64,000 nucleotides of DNA, from IMG/VR virus record IMGVR_UViG_3300001846_000277, positions 3,664-67,663 of that record; one strand, 5' to 3'. The stretch's first letter is position 1; each line of letters starts with the position of its first letter. The stretch is from a virus. Made by a program: the position numbers and the translations under genes. Below, piece after piece: positions 29,357 to 38,908 of the stretch. The notes beneath the pieces were generated by a model. That model was not told the DNA's origin and made no database searches. It worked only from the letters and a program-made list of their open reading frames with translations.

Positions 29357-30533
29357 AATTAATAGTTGGGACGAATTTCAACAGTTAGAAGAATTAGTAT
29401 TAGGTAGTCTATACGAAAGTAGTTTTTTTGATGATGTAAAAAATCCTAAGATTCGCGGTGCTCTTAAAAAAATTATAGACGAAACTCATGAGGATTTAGA
29501 TAATTTTAAATCTACAATGAATAGTCACGGTATTACTGTATATCAAGCAACAACAAAAGAAATGGGCTATAAGGATAGCATCATGGATTATGTAAATGTT
29601 GATGGCCAACTTGGATATAAAAAGAACGTAGGAGACGATTTTTTTCATACAGGAGTAAGTGCAAGTCTTATACCTAATCCTCCATTGCAGCCAAGAGACG
29701 ATAGCATTGTAATGGGTAACAAAATACTATGCACTGATCCAAAAACATTTGCAACGTCAAGAATGATACCAATGTTTAAAAAATGGTTTGGTAATGAAAA
29801 TGTAGATACCAGTGTAGCAGACAATGATATGCTGTTTATTAGAAGTGACAAGAATCTAAAAAACTTTTTACAAAAAGAAAATCTAGAAGCAACAGAAGAA
29901 AATCTAAGCAATGCTAGACAGAAAAACAAACTAGGCGGGTTTTGTAGTCCTAACCTAACACGTATTGGTAAAACCTGTTTGGTGGACACTTGGCAAACCC
30001 CAGGTGTGGTTGAAGAATTTTTAAGTATCAATGCACCTGAGTTTAATTATAAAAAGATTACCATAGGCGGACATAACGATGCAATTTTTAGTGTAATTAA
30101 GCCAGGACTTGTAGTTGCTACAAGAGAACTTACACCATACAAACATATTTTTGATGGTTGGGATATTATTTGGTTTGAAGATCCTAACTGGGATAATGTA
30201 AGACATTTTAGAGAACTGCGTTTTAAAAACCACGGTAAATGGTGGGTGCCAGGTGAAGAAACCAACGACGAGTTTACATACTTTGTAGAAGGTTTCTTGA
30301 ACAATTGGGTAGGACAAGCAGACGAAACTATTTTTGATGTTAATTGTTTGGTTGTAGATGATAGGCATGTAGTAGTAAACAGTGATAATCCTTACTTAAT
30401 TGATAACCTACGTAAACACCAGATGGAGCCAATTGTGTGTCCATTACGTCACAGCTTCTTTTGGGACGGCGGTTGGCATTGCTTAACTCTTGATGTAAAA
30501 AGAAACGGCGAGCAAACAGACTATGGAATTTGA
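29349..30533 (+). CDS. amidinotransferase-family (pentein) enzyme
   Basis: NSWDEFQQLEELVLG, PRD, GHND, C-terminal GGWHCLTLD; start moved to ATG 29349. Confidence 0.8.
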   Translation: MSKINSWDEFQQLEELVLGSLYESSFFDDVKNPKIRGALKKIIDETHEDLDNFKSTMNSHGITVYQATTKEMGYKDSIMDYVNVDGQLGYKKNVGDDFFHTGVSASLIPNPPLQPRDDSIVMGNKILCTDPKTFATSRMIPMFKKWFGNENVDTSVADNDMLFIRSDKNLKNFLQKENLEATEENLSNARQKNKLGGFCSPNLTRIGKTCLVDTWQTPGVVEEFLSINAPEFNYKKITIGGHNDAIFSVIKPGLVVATRELTPYKHIFDGWDIIWFEDPNWDNVRHFRELRFKNHGKWWVPGEETNDEFTYFVEGFLNNWVGQADETIFDVNCLVVDDRHVVVNSDNPYLIDNLRKHQMEPIVCPLRHSFFWDGGWHCLTLDVKRNGEQTDYGI

Positions 30534-31026
30534 TATAAAGGATTGGATTATTTCTAGGCTAAGTGTTAATCTAGAAGAATTCAACGGAATGCCAGCTTGT
30601 CCTTTTGCAAAACAAGCACTGCTTGATAATAAAATTCAAATTGTAGAATTAAAAAACACTTTAAATCATATTTCAATGTTAGATTACTTTATTGCAGAAC
30701 TAGAAAATTTTAGCTATCACTGGCCAAAAGATAAAGAGGTTGTTGTTTTAGGTTGCTTACCAGAATATATTAGTAGTGATGATTTATCATTGGCTGTAGA
30801 AGAAGCTAGTGAACGTTTTTTAAAAAAACGAGGGTATGTTGCACTAGAAGATCATCCTAACGATTTAGAATCAGTTGCAGGTTATAATCTTAATCAAGGT
30901 AATTATGCTTTAATACTTTTACAAGAAAGAGACAAGTTAGAAAAGGCAAGAAAGATTTTAACTAAAAAAAATTATTATAAAAATTGGACTTCAAATTACA
31001 AACAAGAAGTGCTAGGCAGGACCTAA
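30523..31026 (+). CDS. hypothetical protein, DUF1415-like
   Basis: N-terminal W....V......CPFA and an internal DHP motif. Confidence 0.45.
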   Translation: MEFDIKDWIISRLSVNLEEFNGMPACPFAKQALLDNKIQIVELKNTLNHISMLDYFIAELENFSYHWPKDKEVVVLGCLPEYISSDDLSLAVEEASERFLKKRGYVALEDHPNDLESVAGYNLNQGNYALILLQERDKLEKARKILTKKNYYKNWTSNYKQEVLGRT

Positions 31027-31449
31027 TATTTCAAAACCTGCAAAATTTTTCTTATATTGATCTGCTCTTTGTAAATACAGATACTTGTAACCTAAACTTT
31101 TATAATATGCACATTCGTGTTCCAGTGAAACAATACCCAATCTTAACTTTGGATTCTGATAGTTCCATGCAAATTGATCTGCAACTACGCTTAGTTGACT
31201 AGGATATACCAACATTATACTCCATGCAACTAAATGACCGGTGTCATCATAATATCCTAATATTTCATTATCTTCATAATCTTCTAAAAAGATGGGCATC
31301 ACGCTTTTAAATTTTTTATACCGACAATATCTAACATAAATGTCATTTAATTCTTCGAATGACCAATTCTTTAGAACTTTTACTTTATCGTTACCCAATA
31401 AAGAATAGTTTGTTTTGCTCAAGTCAATCCTTGAGTAGTGATATTCCAT
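31012..31449 (-). CDS. GNAT-fold protein resembling the Arg-tRNA-protein transferase C-domain
   Basis: GYYDDTGHLVAWS...AW.Y.NPKLRLG..SL..EC.YYK.LGYKYLYL. Confidence 0.5.
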   Translation of the reverse strand: MEYHYSRIDLSKTNYSLLGNDKVKVLKNWSFEELNDIYVRYCRYKKFKSVMPIFLEDYEDNEILGYYDDTGHLVAWSIMLVYPSQLSVVADQFAWNYQNPKLRLGIVSLEHECAYYKSLGYKYLYLQRADQYKKNFAGFEILGPA

Positions 31450-32333
31450 TTTTTTGTTAACCTTATATCTGCCACACAACTACAAGTATTTTTTGTGCAA
31501 ATTATTCTTTGTAAATCTATGTTATAATCTTTCCAAACATTTCCATATTTGACTGTCTTACATGCTGCGCCGTATATACTGCCATCTTTATCTATATATA
31601 GGTAATTATCGCCTTGCTGACATTTCCACCCTTTATATTTGTTTTTTCTATTTCTGATATAATCATATAAATCAACAATTACTTTTCCATTTTGTTTTAA
31701 AGCTGAATCAGAAAAATGCCTATTTTTATAAAATACACTGTTTTTATTCCATGTCTTATATTCCCTAGACATAAGTTTTTTATCTTCTTCTGTGTAATTT
31801 ATTGCATTATCATTTATAAACTTAAATGCAAAATAACAATTTTGTATATTATTTGATTGTATTTTATCGGCTAATTCTAAACATTTTTGTTTGTATGCAG
31901 GATTATACATGATAAGCACACTTGTAATGTATTTTGAGGACAAAACTTTTGTAACATTAACAAAATGATCTACATCAGCAAACTCTGCATGAAATGAAAG
32001 ATAAATTCTATGCAAAGGGGCTTTGAAAGACTTCCAATACCTTAAAGTACGAGAACCGTTTGAACTAAAACTAATATCTGCTATATCCTTTAACGCTTCA
32101 CAAAAAATTTCTAAGCTAGGCCATAATGTTGGCTCTCCTCCCATAATATCAAACGCAATTTTTTCACCGTTACTGAAATCTTTTACCAACTTTATAATCT
32201 TATCAGTTTGTGCAGATGAAGGCCACCGATATTTACTATCATGCAATTCAGGAGCACAATATGAACAGGCATAATTACATACTGTTGTACATTCCCATGT
32301 AACGTGCTTATATGGAGTTTTAAGCTCAATCAT
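31419..32333 (-). CDS. radical SAM enzyme, type B
   Basis: WECTTVCNYACSYC; GGEP; WKCQQG...AC...C....C.C..D. Confidence 0.9.
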   Translation of the reverse strand: MIELKTPYKHVTWECTTVCNYACSYCAPELHDSKYRWPSSAQTDKIIKLVKDFSNGEKIAFDIMGGEPTLWPSLEIFCEALKDIADISFSSNGSRTLRYWKSFKAPLHRIYLSFHAEFADVDHFVNVTKVLSSKYITSVLIMYNPAYKQKCLELADKIQSNNIQNCYFAFKFINDNAINYTEEDKKLMSREYKTWNKNSVFYKNRHFSDSALKQNGKVIVDLYDYIRNRKNKYKGWKCQQGDNYLYIDKDGSIYGAACKTVKYGNVWKDYNIDLQRIICTKNTCSCVADIRLTKKWNITTQGLT

Positions 32334-32550
32334 CGAGAACTAACCTAATGTTTTTTCCAGGTCCTGTTTTGCTAGGCAAGTCACCGTATTGATCAATATA
32401 CCAATGTATAACAGCACAATACCAATTCCAACTGTTATGATGTGCTTCTTTGTTAAACATCCAAATATTATTATTTGTTGCTTCCATTGTGCTTAATGCT
32501 CTTGCACTTTCTAATTGTAACTGTCTTACTGAAAAATTACTTAAATCCAA
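32326..32550 (-). CDS. small Trp/Asn-rich hypothetical protein (74 aa, TTG start)
   Basis: Overlaps both neighbours in the operon; contains NSWNWYC. Confidence 0.6.
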   Translation of the reverse strand: MDLSNFSVRQLQLESARALSTMEATNNNIWMFNKEAHHNSWNWYCAVIHWYIDQYGDLPSKTGPGKNIRLVLDD

Positions 32551-33451
32551 TTCTCATAAACCTTGTGTATTTTGGTAAATCTCTTTTACCATTATATAAA
32601 ACTTTACTCATAGTAGTCATTGCTTCGAACTCTTGCAAACTATTTACACAATTTACATGCTCATCTATATCAAAATAATCATTATTTTGTAAAACTACTA
32701 ATTTTCCATCTGGAATTTTAGCATACCAATCTGAAAAATTTTCAATATGTTCGCAACTAGTGTTTATTATTGTGTCTGGTTTATCAAGAATAGGCTTGCT
32801 CATTCTATTATTAGCATTGCTCCAACTTTCCCACCAATGCTCATCATATGTAATGTGCATGATATCTTTGGTAACTGATTTAAAACGCCAACTGTCTACA
32901 AACCATGGCTTGTTAAATGTTTCAGCAATGTCAACACAAGTTGGATCAATATCAAAACTTCGTATCTTGTCTACTTTCATACCACTTTCAAAAAGCATTG
33001 TAGCAAGTGTAGCATACCACCCAGCACACAAATACACTGTTCCTAAATCTACTTTACATTTTTTAAGTTCTTCAACTAACCATAATTTACTTTGTAATTG
33101 TCCTCTGCTAAAACAATCTTCCCAAATTTTAGTTTCATTTACAAAGAAGTTTTTAAATGCTGCAATAAATTGTGTATCTACATATCTTTCAAGAATAGGC
33201 CACAGTTTCCAGGTGTTATCTTCTAACACAAGTTTACGTAAATCATCATCGTTGACTAATCTAAATATACTGTGCAAGTTTTGTTCTATTACTGCTTTGC
33301 GTAGATCTTCTATGTCTCCTGAAACATTATCAGGTAATAGTCTAAATATACTTGATAAATCTTTGTCTGTATATGCCCTACGTAAATCAGAAATTTTACT
33401 ATTTGTTGGAAATAACAATTCAAATCTATCTAATAACTCAAATGTTTGCAT
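32537..33451 (-). CDS. class I SAM methyltransferase-like (paralog of 50727-51332) with N-terminal extension
   Basis: VYLCAGWY, IRSFDIDP.C, IINTSCEH, LVVLQNNDY. Confidence 0.75.
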   Translation of the reverse strand: MQTFELLDRFELLFPTNSKISDLRRAYTDKDLSSIFRLLPDNVSGDIEDLRKAVIEQNLHSIFRLVNDDDLRKLVLEDNTWKLWPILERYVDTQFIAAFKNFFVNETKIWEDCFSRGQLQSKLWLVEELKKCKVDLGTVYLCAGWYATLATMLFESGMKVDKIRSFDIDPTCVDIAETFNKPWFVDSWRFKSVTKDIMHITYDEHWWESWSNANNRMSKPILDKPDTIINTSCEHIENFSDWYAKIPDGKLVVLQNNDYFDIDEHVNCVNSLQEFEAMTTMSKVLYNGKRDLPKYTRFMRIGFK

Positions 33452-35663
33452 TTTCAAACTGCTCCTGTAACCAATCAAAGTCGTTTATCTTTTTCAATGC
33501 TTGTAAATCTCCTTGGTGCAACATACCATATGCTGCTCCTGCTTTTGCGCCTGCAATAGCATAGTTGCCATATTGTCTATGTTCACCAACACTACACCAA
33601 ATTTTTAAACGCTCATTTGTTTCATCGTCTTTTTGTCTGTCAATTACTTTACTAGATAATTTACAACACTCTCTAAATCCACTTTTAAAACTATTGAATG
33701 CATCAGTGTTAAATGCAGTAATATTACTTATATCATGCACTGCTTTAAACTTGCCACTAATACTAGTTGTCATATCAGGTTTGCTAATATCCATGTTTAT
33801 GGTTAATTCTTTTGGAAAAAGTTTTACACCACCATACCCGTATACCATGTCATTAATTGGATTTTGACTACGCCATACATGCACACATTCTTTGTCCCAA
33901 CGTGCAACTTGATAATCAAATTTAAAATCATCCACTATGATTGCATCACCGTCGACGATCCATAACATTTCAGTATCACATAATTTTGCTGCTTCAATGT
34001 GTGCTTGGTGAATACCTTTTACACCATGGACTCGTTTACAGTTAGGAAATCTTTCTAGTATTCTTTCGTAGTTTTCATCAGCATTAGGTTCTTGGTAACT
34101 GATAAAAACAATATCATAAGGCTTTGGTGTTGATATAACTATGTTTACTTCTTTTTTAGCAGCTATAAATTTGTATTCAAATTCTCTTTTGCTAAACTTT
34201 GCCTGTTTGCTACACAACACAATACCATCGTGATACTTGCCATTTAGATAAGCATGATTAATTGCTCTATCGTAATCACGATCATGACTAAAATAGGTAT
34301 CAAATCCAAATCTACTAGCAGGATTTACATAATCAGGTATAATCCAAAACATTTCTGTTTTGCTAGTTTTAAGTGCTGTAAGATAATCATCATAGGTGTT
34401 TGGTTTAAATATTTCATACTTAACTGGCCCGCTTGCTTCGATATCCCATTCCTTTGCATTGACTAAAAATCTATGTTCTATTTCACGCTGTGATAGAGGA
34501 CGATGCTTGCTGCAAAGGAACAATCCGTTATACAAATCTTCACCTTGCACCCTGTGTATAAATGCATGATTTTGTTTTCTATCATACTCGTTGTCGTGTG
34601 TGAAATAAACATCAGGAATAGTTGCTGAAATATTAGCACTACCCATCCAAAACATTTCAGTTGAACTGCTTTCTAACGCAAGTAAGTATTCGTCATAACT
34701 ATCTATATCAAAATAATCATATGCTTTAGGACCACTACCTACTACATCCCATTCCTTTGCATTAACTAAAAATCTATGTTCAATTTCTTTTTCAGTAATC
34801 GGAACATGTTTGCTACATAAGAACAAGCCATTACGTTTATCTCCGCAATGCAAAAAATTGTGATTTGTTTTTCGATCATATTCGTTATCATGCGGAAAAT
34901 ACAAATCAGGAATATCTGCTTTAATATTAGCACTACTCATCCAAAACATTTCAGTTTTGCTATTATCAAATGCATGTAAATAATCTTCATAACTATCAAT
35001 TTCAAAAACATCATAGTTTGTCCGTGTGCTACCTACTATGTCATGTTCAATCCTGTTTACTAGAAATCTATGTTCTATTTCACGCTTGCTTAATTTTGCA
35101 CGTTTACTACACAAAAACAATCCGTTATATGCACCGTATTCAGTTAACCATGCATGATTTTGTGATCGTAGCTGCGATTCATGATGTGTAATGTAAAAAG
35201 AATTAACTAAATCTTTGTTGTGTTGTATATTTTTTGTACTGATCCAAAACAAATCAGTTGTAGTATCTTCAAGAGCTTGTGAATACTGATCATAAGTGTC
35301 TACGTAGAATAAATCATACGGTTTAGGTTTACTTGCAACAATATCTACTTTTTTTTGCTGCACAAAAAATCTATGTTCTAATTCTCTAGAGTTAAAATTT
35401 ATTTTTTTAGGAACTAAACATATTCCGTCATAAGTTTTATCATTTAAAAAAACATGTGCAATATCTTGGCTGTAATCATCAGGCACATAATCAAAGTTAA
35501 AATCTTTTTCAACTTCTATGTCGTCAAAAACAATCCAAACAAATTTAGTCAAACTGATTTGCTGTGCTTTTTGCACAGTGTCGGCTTTTTTTGCTACTAA
35601 AACTCTTTGCTTGAGTTGATTATACTGTTCTTGGTTGTTTCCTACAAACACAATGTCAAACAT
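33438..35663 (-). CDS. GT-A-like glycosyltransferase preceded by five ~100-aa degenerate repeats
   Basis: C-terminal domain with YDIVFISY, WIVDGDA and YGYGGVKLFP; repeats carry YD.F...TEMFW...NG..LCSK...RE.EH(R/K)F. Confidence 0.65.
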   Translation of the reverse strand: MFDIVFVGNNQEQYNQLKQRVLVAKKADTVQKAQQISLTKFVWIVFDDIEVEKDFNFDYVPDDYSQDIAHVFLNDKTYDGICLVPKKINFNSRELEHRFFVQQKKVDIVASKPKPYDLFYVDTYDQYSQALEDTTTDLFWISTKNIQHNKDLVNSFYITHHESQLRSQNHAWLTEYGAYNGLFLCSKRAKLSKREIEHRFLVNRIEHDIVGSTRTNYDVFEIDSYEDYLHAFDNSKTEMFWMSSANIKADIPDLYFPHDNEYDRKTNHNFLHCGDKRNGLFLCSKHVPITEKEIEHRFLVNAKEWDVVGSGPKAYDYFDIDSYDEYLLALESSSTEMFWMGSANISATIPDVYFTHDNEYDRKQNHAFIHRVQGEDLYNGLFLCSKHRPLSQREIEHRFLVNAKEWDIEASGPVKYEIFKPNTYDDYLTALKTSKTEMFWIIPDYVNPASRFGFDTYFSHDRDYDRAINHAYLNGKYHDGIVLCSKQAKFSKREFEYKFIAAKKEVNIVISTPKPYDIVFISYQEPNADENYERILERFPNCKRVHGVKGIHQAHIEAAKLCDTEMLWIVDGDAIIVDDFKFDYQVARWDKECVHVWRSQNPINDMVYGYGGVKLFPKELTINMDISKPDMTTSISGKFKAVHDISNITAFNTDAFNSFKSGFRECCKLSSKVIDRQKDDETNERLKIWCSVGEHRQYGNYAIAGAKAGAAYGMLHQGDLQALKKINDFDWLQEQFENANI

Positions 35664-35668
35664 ATCAT

Positions 35669-35697
35669 ATTATATATGTTCTAAATAACATTGTCAA
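35669..35697 (-). promoter_or_regulatory. perfect-consensus sigma70 promoter, leaderless
   Basis: Minus strand TTGACA (35697..35692), 17 nt, TATAAT (35674..35669), then 5 nt to ATG 35663. Confidence 0.8.
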
Positions 35698-35711
35698 GAA
35701 CTAATTGACCG

Positions 35712-35729
35712 ATAAATATGTTATAGGAG
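35712..35729 (+). promoter_or_regulatory. late promoter plus SD of the fibre-like gene
   Basis: ATAAATA (35712-35718) and AGGAG (35725-35729) before ATG 35736. Confidence 0.65.
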
Positions 35730-35735
35730 ATTACC

Positions 35736-37592
35736 ATGGAATTATACGAAGGTGGCCAGTATCGCATTGATATTGTAGGAGGCGATAGCTCGCTAATTGT
35801 TGATAGTAGTTCAGGAACAATTAGAGCAAATATTGAAAATCACAGTGGCGCAATTGTTTTTGATTTAGATATCAGAAAATTATATGGTTCATTACAAGGA
35901 AATGTTTATGATACTGATAGTGATATAGCATATGACTCGTCACTTAAAATATTTCATGGAACATTTGACGGAACATTAACTAATAAAGGCTTTGTAGTGA
36001 TTAATCAGCATAGCTCTAACGTTCCATTAGCATCAGACATCTATGGTCCTGGCAACGTTCTTGCTTATGATAGATTACAAAACAAATTTTATGGCAACTT
36101 TACAGGTAATATTGTTGATTCAACCGGTAACGTTTTGCTTTCAACAGATTCAGACTTTCCAAAAATAGTTGCTGATGTCCAAGGTAACATTTACGATAGC
36201 AGCGGTGTTGTAATATTAGATGTCGAAAACAATCGTTTGAATAACATTTCATACACAGGCAGTATACAAAAACAAATAACACCAGGAAACTATGATTATG
36301 CATATAATCAAACTACAGATATTTTCAAAGGCAAATTCTACGGAAACATAATTGACGAATCTTCAAACATTCTAATAGACGCTGACACTCATAAAATTAA
36401 TATTCCTTTGTATAGTGATATCAGAAGTTTGATAAACGGCGATATTGTATATGACGCAAATACCGAAACCTTTGCAGGAAATGTATCAGGAGATATTGTA
36501 GATGACGGCTACGATATAGTTTTAAACCCAAGTTTAAGAATGTTACAAGCTAGTGTATACGACGGCCGAGGCAACATATTATTAGATTATGAGAACAGAA
36601 CATTTTACGGATCTGTAGTATCTCAATATTCAACTACACTTGAAGGTGATATTGTAGACGGTGCTGATGTGATTTTTGCATTGCAAAGCAGAACCTTTTT
36701 AGAAGATATATCTGGTAATTTTGTTGGCAGCTTTAAGGGTAATGTTTTAAACGGTGATGATAATTATGTTTTTGATTATTCAGCTAATCAGTTAAGTGCA
36801 GAAATTGTTAGTGCAACAACATTAAATGGACACCATACAGGAACGCATTCAGGTAATTATACACATTCAGACGGTGTTTTATTTGATGCAACGTTGAAAC
36901 ACTGGACCGGTGTTAGTCTAAACGGTAATATTTTTGCAGATAATGGTTTAGAAGTTTTTGATCCTACAGCAAATACCTTATCTACAACAACTGTATATGC
37001 AGATAATGTTGTTGCTACAAGTTTAGACCTTGACACTACCGAAATAACATCAGACGGTATACGTGTAATTGTTGAAAGTGCATACAGTATGCCAGCAGTC
37101 ACCGGAAAATTTTACCGTGCTACACAGCCAAATATTCCTGACTGGTATCAACAAGGTTTTAGAGTAGAAGCTATTGGAGGCACATGGTTAGACCCATTAC
37201 CAGTTACAGCAGGAACAAAACTACCTGCTTTTGCATTTAATGCAGCAATTGAAGTCAATCCTGAGCCAGAAGATTCTACTTTCGAGCTTGATAGCGATAT
37301 GAAATTTGCAAGTGTTGCAGGTATCTATGCAAAAATTCCCAACGATGCAGTAATAAGCACATCAGCAGGCGAACACAGAGGTTGTCCAGGCGAGTTAATT
37401 TTTGCTACACAATCACCCACCTATGGTGCCAATTATATGGTATTTGATGCTAACGGACAACTTGCAGTTGACTTGAAAGATTTTAAAGTTCATGGAGAAA
37501 CAGGAGTCACACCAAGCAACACTAGCACACCGGACAGTTGGCTACAAGCAACTGTCAATGGCGAAACTAGGTTTATCCCGCTTTACAGCTAA
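35736..37592 (+). CDS. fibre-like virion structural protein with ~20-aa Gly/Asp repeats
   Basis: Many G.(I/V).G.(I/V).D....(I/V)..D repeats; N-terminal EGGQYRIDIVGGDSSLIVDS resembles repeats in 2718-4280. Confidence 0.55.
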   Translation: MELYEGGQYRIDIVGGDSSLIVDSSSGTIRANIENHSGAIVFDLDIRKLYGSLQGNVYDTDSDIAYDSSLKIFHGTFDGTLTNKGFVVINQHSSNVPLASDIYGPGNVLAYDRLQNKFYGNFTGNIVDSTGNVLLSTDSDFPKIVADVQGNIYDSSGVVILDVENNRLNNISYTGSIQKQITPGNYDYAYNQTTDIFKGKFYGNIIDESSNILIDADTHKINIPLYSDIRSLINGDIVYDANTETFAGNVSGDIVDDGYDIVLNPSLRMLQASVYDGRGNILLDYENRTFYGSVVSQYSTTLEGDIVDGADVIFALQSRTFLEDISGNFVGSFKGNVLNGDDNYVFDYSANQLSAEIVSATTLNGHHTGTHSGNYTHSDGVLFDATLKHWTGVSLNGNIFADNGLEVFDPTANTLSTTTVYADNVVATSLDLDTTEITSDGIRVIVESAYSMPAVTGKFYRATQPNIPDWYQQGFRVEAIGGTWLDPLPVTAGTKLPAFAFNAAIEVNPEPEDSTFELDSDMKFASVAGIYAKIPNDAVISTSAGEHRGCPGELIFATQSPTYGANYMVFDANGQLAVDLKDFKVHGETGVTPSNTSTPDSWLQATVNGETRFIPLYS

Positions 37593-38260
37593 TGTTTGAA
37601 TACTACTATAACACAGTGCCAGGCAAAGGCCTGTGTAGAAATAATCTTGTATATACAAGCAAGATAGACAGACAAAATAATCTGTTTAGTGTTCATTACA
37701 CAGTAGATCAAAACTATCACAAAAATCAATGTTTACCTCAAAGTGTGCTGAACGAAAAATGGCGTAGAGAATTTAAGTATACACTAGAAGCACCTCATAC
37801 ACTAGATGTAAAAGAACTAGACAGTGTTAAACGTAGAATAATTTTTAACATACAAGGCGACGACTTTTGGCAACTTGCTAATTGTGATTGGCGTAATTTT
37901 GATAAAGTATTGCCAGACTGGCAAGAACAAATGCTCACTATACTACAGGACTATAGAAATAAAGGCATTTGGAAATACAGTTTACATCCAAGCAGTTTTT
38001 TTATCATAGATGATCAGCTCAGAACTATAAATCATTTTTTTTGTTACAGTGATGACGAACCAGAAGTAAGTATAGAAAGTGTGCTAGATCATATTAGCAA
38101 AGATAGACAAGAAAAACTTTTTGAATATTTAAGTTACAACAGCATAGATCCAAGCAAAACTTTTTCTTTTAAATTTTATGGAGGCGTAGTGTTAGATAAC
38201 TTTAACAACGATTACCCTAAAGAATTTATCGAAGAAGCAAAGAAAATTTATTTGGCATAA
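37592..38260 (+). CDS. protein-kinase-like fold with degenerate catalytic motifs
   Basis: W.REFK (alphaC-like), KYSLHPSSFF (cf. HxD+hpxN), INHFF (cf. DFG); TAATG coupling to the fibre-like gene. Confidence 0.4.
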   Translation: MFEYYYNTVPGKGLCRNNLVYTSKIDRQNNLFSVHYTVDQNYHKNQCLPQSVLNEKWRREFKYTLEAPHTLDVKELDSVKRRIIFNIQGDDFWQLANCDWRNFDKVLPDWQEQMLTILQDYRNKGIWKYSLHPSSFFIIDDQLRTINHFFCYSDDEPEVSIESVLDHISKDRQEKLFEYLSYNSIDPSKTFSFKFYGGVVLDNFNNDYPKEFIEEAKKIYLA

Positions 38261-38882
38261 CATCGTGTAAATGTTGAATCCAAAAAGCATTGGTTTTAAA
38301 TTTTACACCAGTTGATGTAACTGCAAAATTATTCATTGCATGTCTAGCATTGATTTCGTTCAGCAATGGCGAAATGTATTTGTCAAATATAAACCTTGGA
38401 TTATCACCATCAGCTACAATTTCTACAGAATCAGTAACCCAGTCGGCTCTCTTTAGTAAACATCTAACTACTAATTGGTATCTTGGGTATTGGCCAAAAT
38501 TAGCAGCACTGTGAATACGTCCAGCATCCATCAAGTAGTAGTTTCCATCTGCTTTTAGTGGATATATCATGTTATTGTTTACATCAATCAAAGCTGCATT
38601 ATCTCCTGACAAATTTAAATGGTATCTATTGTCAATATCACTGTGTAATTGATAACAAGTTCCGCACTCTTGACGAATAATACGTGCTTCACCTACATCA
38701 GGTAATACATTCAATAATTCTTCAAATACAGTTCCTTTGTAATGGGGACTGATTTTCCACGGATCATAGAAAAAATCACCTGTAGGCATATTAAGAACAT
38801 TTTTACCTGACCAATCTTTGCACAATTCTGCTGCTTTTTCAATTAATTCTAAGTCTATTTTGTATTCAGTGTTGCTAATCAT
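38226..38882 (-). CDS. aspartyl/asparaginyl beta-hydroxylase-like oxygenase
   Basis: ARIIRQECGTCYQLHSD...RYHLNL...YLMDAGRIHSAANFG...R.QLVV. Confidence 0.65.
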   Translation of the reverse strand: MISNTEYKIDLELIEKAAELCKDWSGKNVLNMPTGDFFYDPWKISPHYKGTVFEELLNVLPDVGEARIIRQECGTCYQLHSDIDNRYHLNLSGDNAALIDVNNNMIYPLKADGNYYLMDAGRIHSAANFGQYPRYQLVVRCLLKRADWVTDSVEIVADGDNPRFIFDKYISPLLNEINARHAMNNFAVTSTGVKFKTNAFWIQHLHDVMPNKFSLLLR

Positions 38883-38886
38883 ACAG

Positions 38887-38903
38887 TATTTAATGAATAA
38901 GTA
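38887..38903. promoter_or_regulatory. divergent leaderless late-promoter pair
   Basis: Minus TAAATA 4 nt before ATG 38882; plus TAAGTA (38898-38903) 5 nt before ATG 38909. Confidence 0.65.
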
Positions 38904-38908
38904 TTTGT

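Noticed and set aside
35679-35728. Possible second RBS-occluding hairpin before the fibre-like gene 35736
   Set aside because: Only about 10 AU-rich pairs with a bulge, and the upstream gene is divergent, so no read-through transcript needs silencing.
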